A stretch of DNA of 64,000 nt from an uncultured Verrucomicrobiae bacterium. Lineage in GTDB: Bacteria; Verrucomicrobiota; Verrucomicrobiia; Opitutales; JABDGR01. The position numbers and the translations under genes were made by a program. The notes under the pieces are model-generated. The model had not been told where the DNA came from and did not search any database. It saw only the letters and a program-made list of their open reading frames with translations. Location: contig CAVXVB010000009.1 of the NCBI GenBank assembly GCA_963765205.1, forward strand, positions 1,376,001 through 1,440,000. The letters run 5' to 3'. Of the stretch, positions 41,750 to 51,316 are shown piece by piece (position 1 is the stretch's first letter; every line of letters begins with the position of its first letter).

Positions 41750-42095
41750 TCCGAGTTCCGGTTCGCCTGGTGGTGCCAAGCAACCTGGCCCTTCGCTGCG
41801 GGGCTTGTTGCCGTAGCGGTTGACCTCGCGGGCAACCAAGCGTTAGCCGGGTATCGGCCGGCAAAGTTCCTGAATGAACCGACGTGGGGTTCAGTTTTAA
41901 GTTTTGTAGTTGACGAATACTCCCCTCCTCCCGGCCCCGACAACGCCAAAAAAGCAAATTTCCACCAATTCGCTGGCTTGCCAGCCAACATAGCTTTAGC
42001 GTGCCATATGCTTTCGCAAGTGGCTACACTGCAAATGGTAATGATTCCTCCGCATCGAATTCCTCGTCTGGCTATTTTCCTACTTCTGGTCCTTA

Positions 42096-43120
42096 GAGCA
42101 TTTTCGATTTAAATAGACGTATTGCTGAAAGCGGTGTATAATGGTGGAAAAGGAGGCCACCACCATGAAACCACTCTCGGAAGATTTGCGCCAGCGCATC
42201 GTGCGGGCGCGCGAAGCCGGGGAAGGCACGGGCGAGGTCTGCCGCCGTTTTGGGGTCAGCCGCAGCAGCGCCGAACGCTTCTGGAACCAATACCGCCGCC
42301 GGGGCCACTGCCGGCCGAAACAAATCGGCGGCTGCCGCCGCTCCCGGCTGGCGGAGCATGAGCGCAAGGTGCGGGCGTGGATCGCGGCGCAGCCCGACCT
42401 GACGCTGGCGCAACTGCAAACGCGCTGCCGCGAGCAACTCGGCGTGCGGCTGGGCCTCAACGCGCTGTGGCACCGGCTGGAGCGGCTGGGCTTGAGCTAT
42501 AAAAAAAACGACGCGCGCCGCCGAGCAAGATCGACCCGACGTTAAAGCGGCCCGGCACCAGTGGCGCCAGGATCAGCCCAGCTGGGACAGCCGACGGTTG
42601 GTCTTCATCGACGAGACCGGCTTGAACACCAAGATGGCGCGGCTGTATGGGCGGGCCCCGCGCAGCCAGCGTTGCCTCGGGCGCGTGCCCCACGGGCACT
42701 GGCACACTTCCACCTTTATCGCCGCGTTGCGCGTGGACGCCGTGACTGCGCCTTTTCTGATCGAAGGCGCAGTGGACACCGACGTGTTCACCGCCTACCT
42801 CCAACAAGTGCTCGGCCCGGAATTGCGGGAGGGCGACACCGTGATCCTCGACAACCTCGCCACCCACAAAACGGCCAGCGTCGCCGCGGTGCTGGCCGCC
42901 CGCGGCGCCCGCGTGCGCTATCTGCCGCCGTATAGCCCCGATCTCAACCCCATCGAACAGGCCTTCGCCAAACTCAAAGCCCATCTTCGGCAAGCCGCCG
43001 CACGAACCCTCACGGACCTCCAAACCGCTTTGGTTCCAGCCCTCGCCTCCTTCACCTCCACCCATTGCCAAGGCTTCTTTGGTCATGCCCAATATGCGTC
43101 TATCTAAATCGAAAATGCTC
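42096..43120 (+). mobile_element. IS630 family insertion sequence, copy 2, apparently identical to copy 1 and in the same orientation
   Basis: Same IRs and TA flanks; identical translated ORFs offset by 3475 bp. Confidence 0.96.
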
Positions 43121-43184
43121 TAGACTAATGTTTCAGCCAAAGTAAATCCGCAGTCCTGGGTGTGGACGAACGGGAGGTTTGGTT

Positions 43185-43242
43185 CCCAGGGTTTCGCGGT
43201 GCGAAGCCCTGGGCTTTATTCCGGCAGCCTTACAGGCTGCGG
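43185..43242. repeat. REP-like hairpin pair (cccagggtttcgc family), partial copy of the core of 56498-56708
   Basis: cccagggtttcgcggtgcgaagccctgggctttattccggcagccttacaggctgc. Confidence 0.75.
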
Positions 43243-43292
43243 GAGAAATCTCAAAGTGACCGATTACCAGGCAGGTGGCTAACGCTTTTTCC

Positions 43293-44657
43293 TCAGGCCG
43301 CGTGGCTGGCGGGGGTTTCGCCGGATTCGTCGGTGGCGTCGTCGGTGAGGGCGGCGGGGGCGAGGGGGTCGGCTTCGAGGGGGTCGCGGCGGAGGCGGAG
43401 GTGGGGCTTGGCTTTGCCTTCGATAACAGCGGCGGTGATGGTGACTTCCTCGATGTTGGTTTGGTCCGGGAGCTGGAACATGAGCTCGAGCATGAGGTGT
43501 TCCATGATGGAGCGGAGGGCGCGGGCGCCGGTCTTAAGTTCGAGGGCTTTGGCGGCGATGGCGGTGATGGCGTCGCGGGTGAACTTGAGGTTGACGCCTT
43601 CCATGGCGAAGAGTTTGGCGTATTGCTTGACGAGGGCGTTCTTGGTGTCGAGGAGGATGCGTTCGAGTTCGGGCTGGGTGAGGGGGTCGAGGACGGAGAT
43701 GACGGGGAGGCGGCCGATGAACTCGGGGATCATGCCGAAGCGGATGAGGTCCTCGGGTTGGACGGATTGCATCATTTCGTCGGCGGAGAGGGCGTGGGAC
43801 TGGTCGGGGGCCATGGTGAAGCCGAGGACTTTGGTGCCGAGGCGGGCCTGGATGATTTTGTCGAGGCCGATGAAGGCGCCGCCGCAGATGAAGAGGATGT
43901 TGGTGGTGTCGACCTGGATGTATTCCTGATTGGGATGCTTGCGGCCGCCCTGGGGGGGGACGTTGCAGGTGGTGCCTTCGAGAATTTTGAGGAGGGCTTG
44001 CTGGACGCCTTCGCCGGAGACGTCGCGGGTGATGGAGACGTTTTCGGTTTTGCGGCCGATTTTGTCAATTTCGTCCACGTAGATGATGCCGCACTCGGTT
44101 TTCTTGACGTCGTAGTTGGCGTTTTGGAGGAGGCGCAGGACGATGTTTTCGACGTCTTCGCCGACGTAGCCGGCTTCGGTGAGGGTGGTGGCGTCGGCCA
44201 TGGCGAAGGGGACGTCGAGAAGTTTGGCGAGGGTGCGGGCGAGGAGGGTCTTGCCGCTGCCGGTGGGGCCGGCGAGGAGGATGTTGCTTTTCTCGATTTC
44301 GACTTCGTTGAACTCGGCGTTGAGGCCGCGGGCTTCGGCGGCGGCGGGGTTGCTGCCCTGGCCGGTGAGGCGCTTGAAGTGGTTGTAAACGGCGACGGAG
44401 AGGACTTTCTTGGCTTGTTCCTGGCCGATGACGTAGGCGTCGAGGGTTTTTTTGATGTCGGCGGGCTTGATGAGCTTGAAATTGGTGCGGGCCTCGGGAA
44501 CGGGGCCGGCGCGGAGTTCGCGGTCAATGATGGTTTTGCAGACGGTGACGCAGGCGTCGCAGATGAAGACGCCGGCGGGGCCCGCGATCATTTTGCGGAC
44601 TTCGTTGTGGGACTTTCCGCAGAAGGAGCAGAAAGTCATTTTGGTGGACTTGGCCAT
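43293..44657 (-). CDS. clpX: ATP-dependent Clp protease ATP-binding subunit ClpX
   Basis: CSFCGK zinc finger, [39 protein letters not shown]. Confidence 0.98.
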   Translation of the reverse strand: MAKSTKMTFCSFCGKSHNEVRKMIAGPAGVFICDACVTVCKTIIDRELRAGPVPEARTNFKLIKPADIKKTLDAYVIGQEQAKKVLSVAVYNHFKRLTGQGSNPAAAEARGLNAEFNEVEIEKSNILLAGPTGSGKTLLARTLAKLLDVPFAMADATTLTEAGYVGEDVENIVLRLLQNANYDVKKTECGIIYVDEIDKIGRKTENVSITRDVSGEGVQQALLKILEGTTCNVPPQGGRKHPNQEYIQVDTTNILFICGGAFIGLDKIIQARLGTKVLGFTMAPDQSHALSADEMMQSVQPEDLIRFGMIPEFIGRLPVISVLDPLTQPELERILLDTKNALVKQYAKLFAMEGVNLKFTRDAITAIAAKALELKTGARALRSIMEHLMLELMFQLPDQTNIEEVTITAAVIEGKAKPHLRLRRDPLEADPLAPAALTDDATDESGETPASHAA

Positions 44658-44845
44658 GGGAACGGTCGGCCATTAGACCACAAAGGGCGGGCGCAAAGCA
44701 AACGAAAACGGGCATGGGGAGGGGCGGGATTTTTGACGGGGATTTTACGGAGGGGGCGGAATGTGGAGTGTGGAGTTCAGATTTCTGATTTCTGAATTCT
44801 GAATTCTGAATCCAACACGTCGAATTCAGCACGTCGAGTTTTCGA

Positions 44846-45040
44846 CTACTTGCACTCGAGTTTGACGACGGGGTGTTTGACGACGGGGGCGGCGCGCAGT
44901 TCGCGGTCCAGGATGATTTGGCCGGCGATGACGCAGACGTTGCAAATGTAAACGCCGTTAGGGCCCGCGATCATCTTGCGGACTTCGCGATGAGACTTTC
45001 CGCAGAAGGAGCAGACATACTGCCTGGTGAGCTTGGCCAT
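44846..45040 (-). CDS. Stand-alone ClpX C4 zinc-binding domain protein (64 aa)
   Basis: [50 protein letters not shown], closely similar to the adjacent ClpX N-terminus. Confidence 0.8.
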   Translation of the reverse strand: MAKLTRQYVCSFCGKSHREVRKMIAGPNGVYICNVCVIAGQIILDRELRAAPVVKHPVVKLECK

Positions 45041-45192
45041 GGGCGGAGAAGGCATGGGCCATGACCGGCGGGGCGAGACGGGGGTTTTACCGGCACGCGG
45101 GCCGCGAAAGCAAAATTTGGAATGCGGAATTTGAATTTCAGATTTCAGATTTCAAAACTTAGCATTCAGGATTCAGCACTCAGCATTCTCCA

Positions 45193-45786
45193 CTACTTGC
45201 GCTCGGGTTTGACGACGACGTGGTCCACGAGGCCGTAGGCTTGGGCTTCCTGGGCGGTCATGTAGAAGTCGCGGTCGGAGTCTTTTTCGATTTGCTCGAC
45301 GGTTTTGCCGGAGTGGCGGGCTAGGGTTTCGTTGATGACGCGGCGCCAGCGGAGGATTTCCTTGGCGGCGATGGAGATGTCGGAGGTTTGGCCGGTGGCG
45401 CCGCCGGTGGGCTGGTGGAGCATGACGCGGCTGTTGGGGAGGGCGAAGCGCTTGCCTTTGGCGCCGGCGGCGAGCAGGACGGTGGCCATGCTGGCGGCCA
45501 TGCCGACGCAGTAGGTGACGACGTCGCAGGAGAGGAAATTGATGGTGTCGTAGATGGCCATGCCGCCGGTGACGCTGCCGCCGGGGGAGTTGATGTAGAT
45601 GTGGATGTCCTTCTTGCCGTCGCTCATTTGGAGGAAGAGCATCTGGGCGATGATGTCGTTGGCGACTTCGTCGTAGATGGGGGTGCCGATGAAGATGATG
45701 CGGTCTTTGAGCAGGCGGGAATAGATGTCCCAACTGCTGACTTCGCGGCCGTCGCGTTCGACAACTTTGGGGAGGACGTAGGTCAC
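45193..45786 (-). CDS. clpP: ATP-dependent Clp protease proteolytic subunit
   Basis: [44 protein letters not shown] start. Confidence 0.97.
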   Translation of the reverse strand: MTYVLPKVVERDGREVSSWDIYSRLLKDRIIFIGTPIYDEVANDIIAQMLFLQMSDGKKDIHIYINSPGGSVTGGMAIYDTINFLSCDVVTYCVGMAASMATVLLAAGAKGKRFALPNSRVMLHQPTGGATGQTSDISIAAKEILRWRRVINETLARHSGKTVEQIEKDSDRDFYMTAQEAQAYGLVDHVVVKPERK

Positions 45787-45901
45787 GGGAAGAGAAGAAA
45801 AGGATGAAGGATGAGGGATGAAGGATGAAATCGAAGAAGGCGGTCGAGTTTTCAGTTTCAACACTTCAGGGAAAGAAAGGAGGCGCCATTCGGGGCGCGC
45901 G

Positions 45902-47218
45902 TCACGCGGCGGGCGCGGGAGTGACCTTAGCCTGCTGGACGACGAAATCAAGCGCCTTCGCGTGCAGGATGGCGCGTTGGAGTTGGGCGAGGAGGGTGCG
46001 GTCTTCCTGGAGGCGCTTGACGATTTGCTCGGGGCGCTGGCGGGTCATGACGGATTCCTGCATGATGCGGCGGTTGAGGTCGTCGTTGTCCACTTTGATT
46101 TCCTCTTTTTCGGCGATTTCGAGGAGGATCATCATCAATTTGACGCGGCCGGCGGCGGCGTGGCGGGCGTTGGTAAAGAGTTCGTCCTTGCGCTTTTCAA
46201 ATTCCTCCTCGGCGACGCCGGCGCGCAGGGAGCGTTCCATGTAATCGCGGAGGAGATTTTGGGTTTCGCTTTCGAGGGCGCTTTCGGGGAGGGGGAAGTC
46301 CACCGCAGCGGTGAGGGCCTTAATGATTTGCTCGCGGCTGGCGCCGAGGGCTTCCTGCTCCTTGCGGGAGAGCAGGTCGTCACGCGCGCGTTGGCGCAAC
46401 TGGTCGGCGGTTTCGCACTGGAGGGATTTGAGGAAGGCGGCGTCGAGGGGGGCGGGTTGTTTCTCGCGGACTTCGAGGATTTCGAGGGCGTAGGTGGCGG
46501 TCTGGCCGGCGAGGGCGGGCACGTCAAAGTCGGCGGGGAAGGCGTGGGTGACGTCCTTTTTGTCGCCGACCTGGAGGCCGACGATGCCGTCAATCACGGC
46601 GCGGACGCCGGGGGTAGTGGTCGAGGCGGCTTCTTCCCAGGTGCCGTGCTGGGTGCCGTAGATGGCATGATTGGGCGCGATTTCGGCGATGGGTTGGCCG
46701 GCGAGCGTGCCGGTGTAATTGAGGCGGACGAAATCGCCAGCGGCGGCGGGGCGCTGGACGACGACGTAATCGGCGCGCTGCTGGCGCAGCTCGGTGATGG
46801 CAGCCTCAACGTCGGCATCGGTAACGACGCTGGGCGGGACGGTGATGGGCAGGGCCTTGTATTCAGGCAGGGCGAATTCCGGCTGCACGTCCACGGTGAT
46901 TTTCACTTCCGCGGGCTGGCCGGCGGTGACGGTGCCGCCATCCACGCCGACGGCGGCGAAGACGTTGAGCTTGGATTCCTGGACGGCGTGCTCGTAGGCC
47001 TTGGTGGCGACTTTGCGCTGGAGTTCCTCGCCGATTTCGCGGGCGTAGCGGCGGCGGACGAGGTCGGCGGGGGCCTTGCCGGGGCGGAAGCCGGGCAGGT
47101 TGACGGCCTTGGCGAATTCGCCCAGGATGGCCTTTTCCTCGACGGCAATTTCCTCGGCGGGGACGGAGACCACGAGCGTTTTGCGAGTGGGGGAGACTTC
47201 GGCGATGGTGACGTTCAC
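45902..47218 (-). CDS. tig: Trigger factor
   Basis: [10 protein letters not shown] signature, FKBP-like middle domain, tig-clpP-clpX order. Confidence 0.95.
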   Translation of the reverse strand: MNVTIAEVSPTRKTLVVSVPAEEIAVEEKAILGEFAKAVNLPGFRPGKAPADLVRRRYAREIGEELQRKVATKAYEHAVQESKLNVFAAVGVDGGTVTAGQPAEVKITVDVQPEFALPEYKALPITVPPSVVTDADVEAAITELRQQRADYVVVQRPAAAGDFVRLNYTGTLAGQPIAEIAPNHAIYGTQHGTWEEAASTTTPGVRAVIDGIVGLQVGDKKDVTHAFPADFDVPALAGQTATYALEILEVREKQPAPLDAAFLKSLQCETADQLRQRARDDLLSRKEQEALGASREQIIKALTAAVDFPLPESALESETQNLLRDYMERSLRAGVAEEEFEKRKDELFTNARHAAAGRVKLMMILLEIAEKEEIKVDNDDLNRRIMQESVMTRQRPEQIVKRLQEDRTLLAQLQRAILHAKALDFVVQQAKVTPAPAA

Positions 47219-47325
47219 GATGAAAAAAGGATTCGCGGCGCGGCGGTTCGCGCGCTGGGAAACTGTCCAAAGAACCAGCAAAGGGCGGCGGGGTCAACGC
47301 TGGAATTCAATGGGACCATCACGGG

Positions 47326-47583
47326 GGCGCATCTCAGTTTTTGTGCAGTCACGGAGTGACGGCTCGAAATTAGCCGTGGACGTTAGTCCACGGAAATTGG
47401 CGGGCCATTGCTAGCGTCGCGTCGCGACGCTTGAAGGAGGCACCTCCGCGCAAGGGAGACCCCTCAAGCGTCGCTACGCGACGCACTGCGGATGACATTC
47501 CGTTTCCGTGGACTGAAGTCCACGGCTATGTTCGGAGCCTCGCTCCGCGAGGCAAAGTCACTGTCCAAAAATTGAGATGCCCC
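47326..47583. mobile_element. MITE with ~24-bp terminal IR enclosing REP-like hairpins
   Basis: GGCGCATCTCAGTTTTTGTGCAGT ... ACTGTCCAAAAATTGAGATGCCCC; flanks CCATCACGGG / CCATCACAGG (9/10); internal ccgtggac-gtccacgg and gcgtcgc-gcgacgc pairs. Confidence 0.8.
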
Positions 47584-47586
47584 CCA

Positions 47587-47778
47587 TCACAGGCGGTTCT
47601 CGGGCAAATTACTTTTGTTCTTAGCCCTGACTTGGCCGATTCGCCTCCCAGTCCCCTCCCAAGGACAATCTTCCAAGCCATCCGCCATGGTTTCCCAATC
47701 CGACCAATCCTCGCCACTCCAGGCCATTTCCTGCGCGGTTTCCTCCCATGTAAGTTTCTTCATCTCCTTATCTTTCAT
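47587..47778 (-). pseudogene. AbrB/MazE-type antitoxin C-terminal remnant
   Basis: KLTWEETAQEMA.SGEDWSDWE..ADGLE..PW; no N-terminal DNA-binding domain and no toxin. Confidence 0.5.
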
Positions 47779-47981
47779 GGCTTAGCCTGAACAAGTTCAG
47801 GAAGGGAAAACAAACAAAAACCCGCCAATCCGGCACGATTCCGGCTTCATGGCAGGCTTAAAGCAACCCGTGCTTGCTTCAGATTTCAAAAGCTAGAAGC
47901 TAGAAGTCTGAAATCGGAAATCTGAGATTTGAGGTTTGAAGTCCGACTTCTTAATTCATCATTCTTAATTCCCCCACCCCC

Positions 47982-48968
47982 ATGCTATCCCGCGTTGCCG
48001 ACAGTCTTTACTGGCTCAGCCGTTATATCGAGCGGGCGGAGAACCTCGCGCGCCTGCTGGATGTCAATTTGCAGTTGCTGCTGGATTTTTCGAATTTGGA
48101 CGACGAGAAAATCAAGGATCACTGGCTGCCCATCCTGCGGGCGTTGTGCGACGAGGAGGCGTTTGCGAAGCACTACGACAAGGCCGACAGCCTGGCGGTG
48201 ACCGACTTTGTGACGTTCAGCCGCAACAACCCGAGTTCGATTCTCTCGTGCGTGTTTGCGGCGCGGGAGAACGCGCGCATGGTGCGCGACCAGATTTCCG
48301 CCGAGATGTGGGAGTCCATGAACGAGTTGTATCTGTTTGTGAAATCCACCAATGCGAAAAAGGTCTGGCGGAGCGGGGTGCATGATTTTTTCCGTGAATT
48401 GAAAAGCCGGATGCACGCCTTCCAGGGGCTGACGCACGCGACCTACCCGCGCGAGGAGGGCTATGATTTTCTGCAAGTGGGGCGCTACCTGGAACGCGCC
48501 GACAAGACCACGCGCATCATTGACCTCAAATATCACATTTTATTGCCGCTGGCGAGCGACGTGGGCGGGTCGCTGGACTCGGCGCAGTGGATGGCGATCC
48601 TGCGCTCGTGCAGCGCGCTGCAGGCCTACCACCGGCTCTACCTGGCCAGCCCGACGCCGTGGAAGGTGGTCGAGTTCCTCATCCTGTCGGAGGATTTCCC
48701 GCGGTCGCTGCGCTTTTGCCTGAAGGAATTGAACCAATACCTCCACCAAATTTCCGGGACGCCGGCCGGCGAGGCGACCAATGACGCCGAGCGCATCTGC
48801 GGGGAGATGCTGACGCGGCTGAGCCATGGCACAACCGAGGATATTTTTGACGAGGGGCTGCACGAATACCTCGACCGCACGCAGATTTTGTTGAACGAGA
48901 TCGGCCAGGCGCTCTACCACAGCTATATGTATGTGCCGGCGCCGGAGCAGCCAGCCTCGGCCGCCTGA
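47982..48968 (+). CDS. Alpha-E domain protein (DUF403)
   Basis: MLSRVADSLYWLSRYIERAENLARLLDV, ARENARMVRDQIS.EMWE, second GRYLERADKTTR repeat. Confidence 0.94.
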   Translation: MLSRVADSLYWLSRYIERAENLARLLDVNLQLLLDFSNLDDEKIKDHWLPILRALCDEEAFAKHYDKADSLAVTDFVTFSRNNPSSILSCVFAARENARMVRDQISAEMWESMNELYLFVKSTNAKKVWRSGVHDFFRELKSRMHAFQGLTHATYPREEGYDFLQVGRYLERADKTTRIIDLKYHILLPLASDVGGSLDSAQWMAILRSCSALQAYHRLYLASPTPWKVVEFLILSEDFPRSLRFCLKELNQYLHQISGTPAGEATNDAERICGEMLTRLSHGTTEDIFDEGLHEYLDRTQILLNEIGQALYHSYMYVPAPEQPASAA

Positions 48969-49061
48969 AGTGCCCTGTTTAGGCCTGCCATAAGGGAAAC
49001 GCAAAATGAATGTAAAAAAGGCTTTGCAACCGTGCCGGGAGTGTTCTAGGGTGTCTCCCGT

Positions 49062-49331
49062 ATGACGCTAAAGAAGCTTACCCCTCTCTTCACCGCCGCA
49101 GGTTTGGCGCTGGCCGTGGCTGGCGCCGGCTGCTCCACGACCTCCGGCGATCCGCAAGCCGCCAACCAGGACCGCAATTTCCTGGGTCTGGTCAGAATCG
49201 AGCCGAATTCCTTCCAGGATACGACGCCCAACACGTTGGAGTTGCACGTCAATGACGTGATCAACAAACCCGACATGAGCGGGACGCGCGTTACGCTGCT
49301 AGCCGGTTTGATCACAATTGAGGATTATTGA
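49062..49331 (+). CDS. Small lipoprotein
   Basis: Signal peptide with AGAGC lipobox; followed by a terminator. Confidence 0.75.
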   Translation: MTLKKLTPLFTAAGLALAVAGAGCSTTSGDPQAANQDRNFLGLVRIEPNSFQDTTPNTLELHVNDVINKPDMSGTRVTLLAGLITIEDY

Positions 49332-49370
49332 GCCGCCGGCGGGAACGCCGGTCGCCGGGTGAATTTCCCC

Positions 49371-49408
49371 AGCTCCGTTTCCCCCGCCGGGAGACGGGGC
49401 TTTTTGTT
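49371..49408 (+). terminator. Rho-independent terminator
   Basis: agctccgtttccc-ccgcc-gggagacggggct followed by ttttgtt. Confidence 0.75.
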
Positions 49409-49477
49409 GGGCGTTAACTTGGATGAGATCGGCCAAGGCCGGCTCACTCGGACAGCCTCGGTTTAGGCGGACGCAGG

Positions 49478-49602
49478 GAACGCTCAACTTTTAACGTTTT
49501 AACGCTTAAACAAGAAAATTCCAGCCGCGGGATGACGGGGCGAGAATCTTGATTGTCTCTGCACTTAAGCGTTGAGCGCTGCGTGTTAAAAGTTGAGCGT
49601 TG
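49478..49602. repeat. Inverted heptamer-arm element (AACGCTC family)
   Basis: aacgctcaacttttaacgttttaacgcttaa ... ttaagcgttgagcgctgcgtgttaaaagttgagcgtt. Confidence 0.8.
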
Positions 49603-49644
49603 GAGCAGCTTCAGTTTCAGCCCTCATCCTTCATCCTTTCCCGG

Positions 49645-51297
49645 ATGTCATTCGCCAACGTCGCCCGATTTCTGCCCGAGCAGGCCCGCACCCAGCCCGG
49701 CGCGTGCGCTGTGCGTGCGCCAATGGGGAACGACCCGGTGCGGCCCGGTCAGATTGCCTATGTTGAGCGGTCGTTCGCGCAACTCGACGCTGAGGCCGAC
49801 GCAGCGGCGCGGCTTTTCCAGGCGCGGGGCATCGAGCGGGGGACGCGCGTGCTGCTGCTCGTACGCCCGGGCCTGGATCTGCTGCGGTGCGTGTTCGCGT
49901 TGTTCAAGCTCGGCGCGGCGCCCGTCCTGATTGATCCGGGCATGGGGAGAAAAAATTTCCTGGCGTGCGTGCGCCAAAGTGAACCGGCGGCCCTGGTGGC
50001 GATTGCGCGGGCGCACTGGCTCGCCCTGCTTTTTCCCGGCGCGCTGGCCACGGCGAAAATCCGGGTGCACGTCGGCGGCGCGGCCTGGGAACGGGAGTTG
50101 GCCGCGCACGCGAGCACGACGCCCTTGGCGCCGGCACCAACCCAGGCGGACGAACTCGCCGCCATCCTGTTCACCTCGGGTTCGACGGGCGCGCCCAAAG
50201 GCGTGTGTTATGAACACGCGTTTTTTGAGGCGCAGGTGCGGCTCATCCGCGACCGTTACCGCATCGAGCCAGGCGAGATTGACCTGCCGATGCTGCCAAT
50301 CTTTGCGCTGTTCAATCCGGCGATGGGCATGATGACCGTGGTGCCGGAAATCAACCCCGCGCGGCCGGCCGCGTGCAATCCGGCCCGGCTGGTGCAAGCC
50401 ATCCGCCAGAACGAAGTGACGAATTCCTTTGGGTCGCCGGCCTTGTGGGCGATCATCGCGCGGTATTGCGAGCATACCGGGCAAACGCTGCCCAGCCTGC
50501 GCCGTGTGTTGGCGGCGGGCGCGCCGGTCCACCCCACCCTGCTGCGACGTTTGAAAAAAATTCTGCCCAATGGGACGGTGCACATCCCCTATGGCGCGAC
50601 TGAAGCGCTGCCGGTTTCCAGCATTTCGCTGACGGAGGTTTTGGAGGAAACTTGGGAGCGAACCGAGCAAGGCCGCGGATCGTGCGTCGGCACGTTGTTT
50701 CCTGGCGTGGCGGCGCGTATTTTGCCATTACGCAACGGCCCGATTGCCCGCCTGGTTGATGCACCGGAATTGCCGGCAGGGGAAATCGGCGAAATTGCGG
50801 TGCGCGGCCCCATGGTGACGCGCACCTACGACAAATTGCCCGACGCCACGGCACGCGCCAAAATTCCCGCCGAGGAGACCACCGACGCGGCGGCCGTCTG
50901 GCATCGCATGGGCGATTTGGGCTACCGCGATAGCGCGGGCCGGTTGTGGTTTTGCGGCCGGATGGCAGAAAGAGTGGAAACTGTGGAGGGCGTTTATTAC
51001 ACGGATTGTGTCGAGGCGGTGTTCAACCGGCATCCGCGCGTGGCGCGCACGGCCCTCATCGGACTGGGGGTGCGACCGCGGCAGGAGCCGGCCCTGGTGG
51101 TGGAGCCGCAGCCCGGAGCGTTCCCGCGCAACCGGGCCGCACGCGATAAAATGTCCGCGGAATTGCGCGCCCTGGCCGGCGCCGGCACGCCATCCATCGC
51201 CAAAATTTTCTTTCGCAAAACACTGCCGGTGGATGTGCGCCATAACGCAAAAATCCACCGGCTGGCGCTGGCGCGAGAATATTACATGGTCATTTAA
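49645..51297 (+). CDS. oleC: OleC-like AMP-dependent ligase (olefin beta-lactone synthetase family)
   Basis: ILFTSGSTGAPKGV, IDPGMG, FGSPALW, PYGATEALPV, WHRMGD, LWFCGR, LPVDVRHNAKI; next to an oleD-like gene. Confidence 0.8.
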   Translation: MSFANVARFLPEQARTQPGACAVRAPMGNDPVRPGQIAYVERSFAQLDAEADAAARLFQARGIERGTRVLLLVRPGLDLLRCVFALFKLGAAPVLIDPGMGRKNFLACVRQSEPAALVAIARAHWLALLFPGALATAKIRVHVGGAAWERELAAHASTTPLAPAPTQADELAAILFTSGSTGAPKGVCYEHAFFEAQVRLIRDRYRIEPGEIDLPMLPIFALFNPAMGMMTVVPEINPARPAACNPARLVQAIRQNEVTNSFGSPALWAIIARYCEHTGQTLPSLRRVLAAGAPVHPTLLRRLKKILPNGTVHIPYGATEALPVSSISLTEVLEETWERTEQGRGSCVGTLFPGVAARILPLRNGPIARLVDAPELPAGEIGEIAVRGPMVTRTYDKLPDATARAKIPAEETTDAAAVWHRMGDLGYRDSAGRLWFCGRMAERVETVEGVYYTDCVEAVFNRHPRVARTALIGLGVRPRQEPALVVEPQPGAFPRNRAARDKMSAELRALAGAGTPSIAKIFFRKTLPVDVRHNAKIHRLALAREYYMVI

Positions 51298-51316
51298 ATA
51301 CAACATAACCTAACTT

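Noticed and set aside
41765..41845. GGTGCCAA, CTGGCCC and GGCAACC words suggesting a SAM-I riboswitch; CTAA..TACGG suggesting c-di-GMP-I
   Set aside because: The SAM-I words are in the wrong order with no AUC..GAG/GAU P1, the GEMM GCAAA/GNRA stem is missing, and no downstream gene is present
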